A stretch of 64,000 nt of DNA from an uncultured bacterium. GTDB taxonomy: Bacteria; Krumholzibacteriota; Krumholzibacteriia; WVZY01. The DNA is taken from contig CBDVBZ010000004.1 of NCBI GenBank assembly GCA_965372355.1, forward strand, positions 5,119 to 69,118, read 5' to 3'. Shown here one piece after another: positions 38,709-46,616 of this stretch (position 1 is its first letter; each line of letters opens with the position of its first letter). The position numbers and the translations under genes are program-made. The notes under the pieces are model-generated. The model had not been told where the DNA came from. It made no database searches and saw nothing but the letters and a program-made list of their open reading frames with translations.

Positions 38709-39913
38709 GACCTCGAATAATGGGCGGCGATACGGTTTATCGCCCGGACGACATCATCGACGTCGCTGTCACTCATCCCCGGGAATATGGGAAGAGAGAG
38801 ACACCTGGAGTAGTACGATTCGCAGTTCGGAACATCCGCGGGTCCGTCGAGATATCGCTGAAAGAAACCGTGCTTGTACACCGGGATGAAATGGACCGAA
38901 CACCCGATGTTCTCGGCGTTGAGCGCCTTCGCGAACCGGTCCCGGTCAATGGTAAGAGCGTCGACATTGAGAAGTATGACAAAGAGGTGCCACGTGTGGA
39001 CGTTGCCCTTTCCTACCCGAGGCAGCTCGACGCAGGCCGAACCGTCGAGTTGGCTCAGATATCCCTCGGCGACAACGCGTCTGTCCTCCAACAGTTCGTC
39101 GATCCGCATGAGCTGAGACAGTCCAAGCGAGGACAGAAGGTCGCTCATATTGAACTTGTAACCAAGGGCCTCCACGTTATAGAACCACGAACCACGGTCG
39201 GAATGACGGTTCCAGCTGTCCTCAGACATACCGTGATACGACAGGACCCGGAACTGCCGAGCCAGCTCGTCGTTGTTCGTCGACAGGCATCCTCCTTCGC
39301 CGCTGGTCAGGTTCTTTGTGGCGTAAAAACTAAAGGCGGTCGCATCGCCGAATCCCCCTATCGTCTTACCGCCCGCAGCCGCGCCGAAGCTGTGTGCCGC
39401 GTCTTCGACGACCCGTATCGAATTCGATTCGGCAAGGCTGATAATTTCGTCAATCTTGCACGCCTGTCCGCCGAAATGAACCGGCATGTATACCTTGGTT
39501 TGATTTGTCGTTCGCTTCGCGAACTCTTCGGGCGCGGGTCCAAACGTCTCCATCTCGATATCGGCAAGAACGGGTTTCGCGCCGGTGTGCATAATCGCAT
39601 GGACCGTCGAAGCGAACGTGAGCGCCGATGTCACAACCTCGTCTCCAGGGCCGACACCAAGCGCGGCCAAAGCAAGATACATGGCAGCGCTGCACGAGTT
39701 CACCGACACGACGTTGCGCACACCCAGGTACTTGCGAAGATCCCTCTCGAAAAGCTGGGTCTGGGGGCCCGTTGTCAACCAGCCCGACTGCAGCGTGTCC
39801 GTGACACGCTCGATATCGCTTGCGTTGATCGACGGCCGGAAGAAGGGCAGGAACTTCTCTCTTATCGGATCGCCGCCCTCAATTGCGGGTAGTTTGTCAC
39901 GTCTGTTTCCCAA
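38705..39913 (-). CDS. DegT/DnrJ/EryC1/StrS-family PLP-dependent sugar aminotransferase
   Basis: RVVEDAAHSFGAAAGGKTIGGFGDATAFSFYATKNLTSGEGG (Lys of ATKN is the PLP-binding residue). N-terminal ...IEGGDPIREKFLPF typical of PglE/ArnB/WecE-like enzymes. Confidence 0.9.
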   Translation of the reverse strand: MGNRRDKLPAIEGGDPIREKFLPFFRPSINASDIERVTDTLQSGWLTTGPQTQLFERDLRKYLGVRNVVSVNSCSAAMYLALAALGVGPGDEVVTSALTFASTVHAIMHTGAKPVLADIEMETFGPAPEEFAKRTTNQTKVYMPVHFGGQACKIDEIISLAESNSIRVVEDAAHSFGAAAGGKTIGGFGDATAFSFYATKNLTSGEGGCLSTNNDELARQFRVLSYHGMSEDSWNRHSDRGSWFYNVEALGYKFNMSDLLSSLGLSQLMRIDELLEDRRVVAEGYLSQLDGSACVELPRVGKGNVHTWHLFVILLNVDALTIDRDRFAKALNAENIGCSVHFIPVYKHGFFQRYLDGPADVPNCESYYSRCLSLPIFPGMSDSDVDDVVRAINRIAAHYSRS

Positions 39914-39946
39914 AGTATACGTCCTCTATCTCCAGCCAATAAATGT

Positions 39947-41365
39947 TCAAGAGCTCAACTTGGCGTCCGGGATTACAGAGTCCAGAAACGAACGGATCCC
40001 GGCCCCGTCACCGCGTTCTGCAAGCTCGCCGAGCCGGCCGAGCACTTGCTGCTGATCCCAGCCGTCCGGCAAGCCAGGACGGGCTGTCAGAATGTAGTTA
40101 TGGGCTGAGTCCTCGATCAGTTCTCCATCGGCAACAAGATTCTCGTGCAGCTTCTCGCCGGGTCTGAGCCCACTTTGCTTGATCACAATGTCATCTTCCG
40201 GCCTCAGCCCGTGCAGGGCGATGAGATCCTTGGCAATCTCCATGATTTTGATCGGAGAGCCCATTTGAAGGATAAAGATCTCGCCACCTTTTCCCATCAT
40301 CGACGCCTGGATGACGAGCATACAGGCCTCTTTGAGCGTCATAAAAAAGCGAGACGCTCGCGCGTCGCTGACCGTGACGGGCCCACCGGCCCGGATCTGG
40401 CGTATGAAAAGCGGCACGACGCTTCCTCGGCTTCCCAAAACATTGCCAAAACGGACCGTGATGAGACGCGGGTTGTCTGCTTCTTCTGCCCCCTCGATCA
40501 TCAGGTATTCGGCGATCCGTTTGGTTGCGCCCATGACACCCACCGGACGGACGGCCTTATCCGTGGAGATCAGAACCAGCCGCTCGGTTTCCGCGTCACG
40601 ACAGATCCGAATGATGTTTGCGGTGCCGAAAACGTTGTTCTTTACCGCCTCTTCGGGATGACTCTCCATATAATGGACATGCTTGTGGGCGGCGGTGTGA
40701 TATACAAACTCCGGATGAAGACGATCGAACACATGCGACAAACCGTTCGCATCGCGTATATCCGCAATGACGGGTGTGATCTTCAAATGAGGATGGGCCG
40801 TGCGAAGCTCCTCCTCGATCCGGAACACTTGGTTTTCCCCCCGGCCGAGCAGGTGGATCTCGCTCAAACCAAACCTGGCCAGTTGACGGCAAATCTCCCC
40901 CCCGATCGAGCCACCGGCCCCCGTGACCATCACGGAACGTCCCGAAAGCTCTCCACCGATCGCGTCTTCATCGAACTCGACGGTTTCCCGTCCGAGCAGG
41001 TCATCCGGGTGTACTTCCCGGATCTGCTCGAGATGAACCGGCCCCTGGATGATCTCGATGAGACCTGGGACGATCTTGAATGTCACACCCGCGTCGCGGC
41101 ACAGTGCCACTACCCGGCGTACAAACTCGCGAGAGCCCGAGGGGACGGCAATGATTGCCTCTTCGACGTGTTCACGCCGGGCAACGTGCGGCAACTCACC
41201 GCTTCCCCCAAAGACGCGGAAACCCTCTATCGTCTTTCCGTGCAGGGTTGTGTCGTCGTCCAGGTATCCGACGATATCCAGTCCGGCTTCCTTGTGCGAC
41301 TGGATTTCGCGGACCACCATGATGCCGGCCTCACCGGCACCAATTATGATAACGCGTTTTGACAT
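39947..41365 (-). CDS. nucleotide-sugar 4,6-dehydratase/epimerase, PglF/CapD/WbpM family (short form)
   Basis: Rossmann VMVTGAGGSIGGEICRQL, catalytic region STDKAVRPVGVMGATKRIAEYL, and C-terminal CapD block. An N-terminal CoA-binding-like domain (VIIIGAGEAG) precedes it, but no N-terminal TM helices. Confidence 0.85.
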   Translation of the reverse strand: MSKRVIIIGAGEAGIMVVREIQSHKEAGLDIVGYLDDDTTLHGKTIEGFRVFGGSGELPHVARREHVEEAIIAVPSGSREFVRRVVALCRDAGVTFKIVPGLIEIIQGPVHLEQIREVHPDDLLGRETVEFDEDAIGGELSGRSVMVTGAGGSIGGEICRQLARFGLSEIHLLGRGENQVFRIEEELRTAHPHLKITPVIADIRDANGLSHVFDRLHPEFVYHTAAHKHVHYMESHPEEAVKNNVFGTANIIRICRDAETERLVLISTDKAVRPVGVMGATKRIAEYLMIEGAEEADNPRLITVRFGNVLGSRGSVVPLFIRQIRAGGPVTVSDARASRFFMTLKEACMLVIQASMMGKGGEIFILQMGSPIKIMEIAKDLIALHGLRPEDDIVIKQSGLRPGEKLHENLVADGELIEDSAHNYILTARPGLPDGWDQQQVLGRLGELAERGDGAGIRSFLDSVIPDAKLSS

Positions 41366-41391
41366 GGCAATTCTGCCCGGACACTCCCGAT

Positions 41392-43785
41392 CTAGCGAAT
41401 CAACGAGATCGTTCTGACGACCGTGCCCGTGTCCGCCGATATTCGAACCAGATATACACCGCTTGCCGCGAAAAACCCGGATTCCGTCGTCAGATCCCAC
41501 ACCTCGCGTTCATTGGGACGGACGTTTTCCTCCGCGTGGACCAGCTCGCCTTCCAGTGTGTAGATCTCGATGTCGACCGGGCTGTTGTGATTCGCGATCT
41601 TCAACATGGTGTGGCCCCGGCGCGGGCGAATCGGGTTTGGGTATAGATAGACCTTTGAAAGATCCGTCGGGCCCGGTTCCAATGACGACAGATCCAGTAT
41701 AGATAAACCACCCGCGGTTGCAATGTAAAGCAGGTTCTGAGTCGGATGCAGCGTGAGGGCATGACAGAGCGCATCGGCCAGCGCCGACACAACCTTCTTC
41801 TGGTCAGGAAAGAAAAGACTCAGTTGCTCCCGCCACGCGGCCTGCGTAGTGAAGGACAAGATCTCGCGCTCATTGTCCCGGCTGATCCGGTTCAGACCCA
41901 AATCGGTGGCCACCCAAAGGTTTTCGTCGTGGTCGAGCGCAAGATCCATAACGGCGTTGCTGAGTAATTCGCCCCCCAACCCACGCTTCGCTTGAAACCT
42001 TCTGAACAAACCGTTCTCGTATCCATAAACCCCCGCTTTCGTACCCACCCACACAACCCCGTCGCTCCGCACGGTCACGGCGGACACGTCTCCGCCGTCG
42101 AAGTCATCGGCGACCGTACCCAAATGGGTCCACACATCGCCCGACAGATCGAAGAGGCTGGCTTTGTCGTACCCTCCGGTTCTCCACTCCCGGACGCCGT
42201 CCGATGCGTCCGCAACCCAGACCACCCCCCCGGGGCCAAAAGCGACGTCTGTGATATCGCCCACTTGCATGCCGAGGTTTGTGCTCGTGGGCGTGATGTG
42301 CCGCCATTCGTTTCCGTCTTCGCTCAAGATACTGATGCCGCGCCATTCGTCCGGGGCTGTTCCGCCGGGGTCGACAGCGTGCAGAAACCACCGGTTGCCC
42401 GCGGGGTCTTCCATTGCCCTATGGTGTCTCAACGATCCCAAACCGTCGCCGCCACCGGATCCGATGTCGTGATGTGTCCAGATATCGTTTTCGTACGAAA
42501 GATCCAAACCATCCTCCAGCTGGTCAACCTCTATCTCCGGCACTAACGGCCTCCACAACGAACAGAACCACTTCGATCCTTGCGAATCGGCAAGTAAGGC
42601 GAGGTTCGTGGACCGAGTACTCAGATTCGTGTCACCAACGGCGGGGTTGTAGTTGAACCACGTTCCACTCGGTGTCAGTTTGCCAACGCCAAAGCTCGCA
42701 CTCGACACCCACAACGACCCATCGATATCGAATGAGCTGCGACGCAGGTCTCTGCCCGTTGGCGCGTTGGCGCGCAGATCCCGCACGGTCGTTCCATCAA
42801 AAAGGAGAAGGTATCCACCGCGGCCGCGGCTCACCTGGCCGGTTCCCATATAGACCGTCCCATCCACCATGGGTTGAAGTCCGCGGGTCTCGGCCTGGCT
42901 GTTGAGCCCGTACTTGTGGAAGATGTGGACAAAGCTATGGGTGATCCACCCGCTGCCGTCGTTTTCGAACAACCGGGAATTCGACGCCGCCCAAAGCTTC
43001 TGTCCGCCAAACTTGATCGAGAAGATCGATTCTGTGCCGAGCCCCGCCGGGATCCACGTGCCGCCAGAATCATCGAGATACGCCAGACCAGCGCTGGTAC
43101 CTACCCACAGTGCGGTGTCGTCTCTGGCAAACACGTGTGCATTGAGACTCGGGAGACCGTTCGATACCTCCTCCGTGAAGCCAAGACGGTCGCGTCTGGC
43201 GACACCGTTGTCCGTCGCAAACCACAGGAAGTCACCGTCGACAAAGACGTCCGCGATCTCCTCGCTCGGCAGACTGTCCGTGGGAAACCGGGAACTCGGA
43301 AACCCGGCAACGATGAGACCGGCGCCGGCCTTGGTGCCGTAAACAACACTGTCTCCCCAGGCCGTCACCGTTGTTATGCGATCGTCGGCAATCCCATCCC
43401 CGGTGGCCTCGAATGTGCTCACATCGAACCCCCCGGGCACGAAGTCGAGCCGGGCAATCCCCAACCGGTCGGTTCCGACCCAAAGCGAGCCCTTGCTGTC
43501 GAACGCAAGACACGTGAGAAAGCTCGTTGGAAGACCGATCGTGTTGGTAAACTGTTCGAAGGTCGAGTCGTCGGGTTGGTATACGAGAAGTCCGCCGCTC
43601 GTCGCGCAGTAGAGTTCCCCGTCCCTCATGACGATCTCCGAAATGAGGTTTGGGTTGATATGATTGACCCACTCGCTCTGCTGGGCTTCGGCGTCCTCAC
43701 GCCAGATCGTAGCGATGGCAATGAGAACGAGGAGGTGTCTCGAGATTCGACGGATTGGGCTGATCATTGGTGGTATAGCGCGCAC
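41392..43785 (-). CDS. secreted multi-bladed beta-propeller protein (Reg_prop-like repeats) with T9SS-type C-terminal sorting domain
   Basis: Signal peptide MISPIRRISRHLLVLIAIATIWREDAEAQ. Many W/G-rich repeats (GSLWVGTDRLGIARLD, TALWVGTSAGLAYLD, GVVWVGTKAGVYGY, NLWVATDLGLNRI). C-terminal ~85 aa LYPNPIRP...IEIYTLEGELVH...EVWDLTTESGFFAASGVYLVRI matches the Por/T9SS CTD (or FlgD-Ig-like) pattern. Confidence 0.75.
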   Translation of the reverse strand: MRAIPPMISPIRRISRHLLVLIAIATIWREDAEAQQSEWVNHINPNLISEIVMRDGELYCATSGGLLVYQPDDSTFEQFTNTIGLPTSFLTCLAFDSKGSLWVGTDRLGIARLDFVPGGFDVSTFEATGDGIADDRITTVTAWGDSVVYGTKAGAGLIVAGFPSSRFPTDSLPSEEIADVFVDGDFLWFATDNGVARRDRLGFTEEVSNGLPSLNAHVFARDDTALWVGTSAGLAYLDDSGGTWIPAGLGTESIFSIKFGGQKLWAASNSRLFENDGSGWITHSFVHIFHKYGLNSQAETRGLQPMVDGTVYMGTGQVSRGRGGYLLLFDGTTVRDLRANAPTGRDLRRSSFDIDGSLWVSSASFGVGKLTPSGTWFNYNPAVGDTNLSTRSTNLALLADSQGSKWFCSLWRPLVPEIEVDQLEDGLDLSYENDIWTHHDIGSGGGDGLGSLRHHRAMEDPAGNRWFLHAVDPGGTAPDEWRGISILSEDGNEWRHITPTSTNLGMQVGDITDVAFGPGGVVWVADASDGVREWRTGGYDKASLFDLSGDVWTHLGTVADDFDGGDVSAVTVRSDGVVWVGTKAGVYGYENGLFRRFQAKRGLGGELLSNAVMDLALDHDENLWVATDLGLNRISRDNEREILSFTTQAAWREQLSLFFPDQKKVVSALADALCHALTLHPTQNLLYIATAGGLSILDLSSLEPGPTDLSKVYLYPNPIRPRRGHTMLKIANHNSPVDIEIYTLEGELVHAEENVRPNEREVWDLTTESGFFAASGVYLVRISADTGTVVRTISLIR

Positions 43786-43789
43786 TACC

Positions 43790-45925
43790 CTAAAGAGGCT
43801 GCTTGAGTCTCAGGCTGCGTTTTCTTCCCATTAGAATATTGCCAAACGTCACCACAAGGATCTTCACATCCCTGCCCAACGACCAATTCCTCGTGTAGCT
43901 GGCATCCTGTGCCAGAAGATCTTCCAGGGAGATCTCGTCGTAACGCCCGGCTCTCCACAGGCCGGTCACTCCCGGGCGAACGTCAAAACGAAAGCCCGCC
44001 TTGGAATCGAGCATATCCGCATGCGACGACGGCATCGGATACGGACCGACGATGCTCAGCTTTCCTGTGACCACCAACCAAAAGAGGGGCGAATTGACGA
44101 TATCAGAGGGGCCGTTCGAACTCCTTGCATCGGCTACCGGCAACATGAAGGCCTCACCACACAACCCAAGCCTTGACTCTCGAGAGAAAGGTGTCCTCCC
44201 GCGAATCGATGCATACATAAAGTATAACACGCTAAACGGCAGCGACACTACCAGAAAAACCACACCGATGCCGATATCAAGCAGTCGTTTACCCAGTTTG
44301 TCGATCGCATAACGCGTATCCCTGCGGTAGGCGATCGCCGGACGACCGGCCAGATCGGTCACCTCAGCCTGATGGATAACGAGTCCCGAGAAGTCCGCCA
44401 CAACAGTGACATCCAGAACCCGTTTGCGCCCCATGACGATGATATCCGTCATCCGGTCCTCCGGCACGGCTCCGGGCAGCAATATGAGTTCCTGAACGCG
44501 AAACCTGTCAACAATCTCACCGATCTCAGAGACATCACCCAGGCTCCGTTGATGCTCACCGTCGGTCGCCACAATACCCACAATGTCCAGACCGCTGGAG
44601 GCGCCCCCGCGGAGCTCCTGCTCGAGCGCTCTTGCCTCTGAAAGGGCTCCTACGATGCAGACCCTCTTGAGATCGAGCTTCTGAGCGAGCAGCGCCCGGT
44701 GAAAACGCCGCAGGAGCGACCGTAGCAGCCAGTCGTAAAGTATGGCGAACGGAACCAGGAACGCGACAACCAACCTCGAGTAGCTCTGAATCTGGCTCAG
44801 ATAGGTACTGGCCATGAGCAACACGGAGGAAAAGATCACTGCCCGGCCGATGGCGAAAAGCTCGTCCACCCGCGATGTGTCACGTCGGATTCTATACAGA
44901 CCCAGAACCAAGAACGTGAAAACAAAAAGGATGTTCTGGTAAATCGTAAACTTGTCGTACGCCTGAAGCGGGAACAGCGGCTTCGCAAGAAAATCTCCGA
45001 GCGCCAGCCTCGAATAGTACGCCGATAGGAACGCGAGGTTGAACGCGACAAGGTCAGCCCCGAGAAAGAGCGTGACCTTCAACACCTCTCTGTATTTCTT
45101 GAGCGCATAGAAAACGGCGTTCCACTTCTCGTAATAACGGATCAAGCTGGCAAGATGCGCCACAAAGGGCCGGTTGAGCACCGACTTTGCACTCTCGCGG
45201 GCATGGTCATGGACCACCACGGCCTCCGGGTGATAATAGACGTCCCAGCGCTTCTGCTTCATCCGGTAGCACCAGTCGACATCCTCGAAATACAGAAAGA
45301 ACCGCTCGTCCATCATCCCGACGGACTCCACCGCTTCGCGCCGAACAAGCATGCACGCTCCCAGCACCCAGTCAACCTTTGCCGTCGTCTCGTGATTAAA
45401 ATCCAACATGAGATGTTTGGAGATCACCGAGGAGTTTCTGAAGATCCTTCCGAGAGGTGTTCTTCGGAGAAGGAGAACTCTCCAGTTATAAAACCTGCGG
45501 CAGGAATACTGGAGGTTGCCGTCGTAGAAAACCAGCTTAGGAGCGACGATACCCGCATCCGGAGTTTTCTCCATGAACTGATAGAGCGTTCTTATCGAAT
45601 GCTCCCGGATAACCGTGTCGGGATTCAGAATCAGCAAGTATCTTCCACGAGCCCGTTGTATACCCAGATTCACGGCGACCGAAAAGCCGGCGTTTCTCGT
45701 ACCGGCACTGAGATCGACCCATGGATAACAGTCTTGCACCAACTGAGAAGTGCCGTCGGAACTCGCGTTGTCCACGACAATGACTTCCGTCCGGTCGAAC
45801 ATGCTCTGCTTTTTGAGTGAATCAAGGCAGAGCCCGAGAACCGAGCGGCTGTTGTGCGTGACAATAACGACTGAAACGTCCACGGTGGAATCAGTCTCTC
45901 TGAAAGGCATCACGGAGTGATTCAA
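43790..45925 (-). CDS. bifunctional GT2 glycosyltransferase fused to WbaP-type polyprenyl-phosphate glycosylphosphotransferase (PGT) domain
   Basis: N-terminal GT2 (VSVVIVTHNSRSVLGLCLDSL...VIVVDNASSDGT...DxD-type region). Middle TM helices plus a CoA-binding-like region (RVCIVGALSEARALEQEL...IVGIVA). C-terminal Bac_transf-like block LSIVGPYP...RPGVTGLWRAGRYDEISLEDLLAQDASYTRNWSLGRDVKIL. The canonical KFRSM and SLDELPQL motifs appear absent or altered. Confidence 0.8.
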   Translation of the reverse strand: MNHSVMPFRETDSTVDVSVVIVTHNSRSVLGLCLDSLKKQSMFDRTEVIVVDNASSDGTSQLVQDCYPWVDLSAGTRNAGFSVAVNLGIQRARGRYLLILNPDTVIREHSIRTLYQFMEKTPDAGIVAPKLVFYDGNLQYSCRRFYNWRVLLLRRTPLGRIFRNSSVISKHLMLDFNHETTAKVDWVLGACMLVRREAVESVGMMDERFFLYFEDVDWCYRMKQKRWDVYYHPEAVVVHDHARESAKSVLNRPFVAHLASLIRYYEKWNAVFYALKKYREVLKVTLFLGADLVAFNLAFLSAYYSRLALGDFLAKPLFPLQAYDKFTIYQNILFVFTFLVLGLYRIRRDTSRVDELFAIGRAVIFSSVLLMASTYLSQIQSYSRLVVAFLVPFAILYDWLLRSLLRRFHRALLAQKLDLKRVCIVGALSEARALEQELRGGASSGLDIVGIVATDGEHQRSLGDVSEIGEIVDRFRVQELILLPGAVPEDRMTDIIVMGRKRVLDVTVVADFSGLVIHQAEVTDLAGRPAIAYRRDTRYAIDKLGKRLLDIGIGVVFLVVSLPFSVLYFMYASIRGRTPFSRESRLGLCGEAFMLPVADARSSNGPSDIVNSPLFWLVVTGKLSIVGPYPMPSSHADMLDSKAGFRFDVRPGVTGLWRAGRYDEISLEDLLAQDASYTRNWSLGRDVKILVVTFGNILMGRKRSLRLKQPL

Positions 45926-46616
45926 AACGAAGCTTCCACACCAGAAAAACCGCTTCCCATACGATTCGACGAGACATCTTCGAGGCCCCGCTCGTTCTGT
46001 CCACGAAGATGATCGGAATTTCCTTGATCCGGAACTTCTTTCTCCAGACGTAATGGTTCACTTCGATTTGAAAGGAATAGCCGTCACTCTTGATCTCATC
46101 GAGGGGGAGGCTCTCGAGAACCTCTCGACGAAAGCACTTGAATCCGCCGGTGGCGTCTTTTAGCGGCATACCGGTGACGAACCGCGTATAGATGTTGGCC
46201 CCCACGCTCAGAAAGAGCCTCGATAGAGGCCAGTTCATCACGGTGATGCCGTCGAGATACCTCGAGCCTAGCACGAGGTCCGCGTCCTTGATCGCCTCGA
46301 GAAATTCGGGCAACGCACCGGGATCGTGCGAGAAATCAGCATCCATCTCGAACACAAACTGCACAGAAGTGTTCTGCAGCGCCCATTTGAACCCCGCGAT
46401 ATAGGCGCTGCCCAGGCCCAGCTTACTCGGGCGTCGCAGCACGTGCAGTCGGTCGTTCGTCTTGGTCAACTCGTCGACGCGATCGCCGGTGCCATCCGGA
46501 GAGTTATCGTCGACAACGAGAACGCCGATGTCGAAATTGAGGCTGAAAATCTTCTCAATGAGCGCATCGATGTTTTCGCGCTCATTGTATGTCGGAACGA
46601 TTACGAGCGTTTCCAA
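45891..46616 (-). CDS. polyprenol-phosphate mannose/glycose synthase, Dpm1/Ppm1-like GT2 (soluble form)
   Basis: METLVIVPTYNERENI...VLVVDDNSPDGT...FEMDADFSHDP. Classic Dpm1-family sequence with no TM helices. Confidence 0.85.
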   Translation of the reverse strand: METLVIVPTYNERENIDALIEKIFSLNFDIGVLVVDDNSPDGTGDRVDELTKTNDRLHVLRRPSKLGLGSAYIAGFKWALQNTSVQFVFEMDADFSHDPGALPEFLEAIKDADLVLGSRYLDGITVMNWPLSRLFLSVGANIYTRFVTGMPLKDATGGFKCFRREVLESLPLDEIKSDGYSFQIEVNHYVWRKKFRIKEIPIIFVDRTSGASKMSRRIVWEAVFLVWKLRFESLRDAFQRD

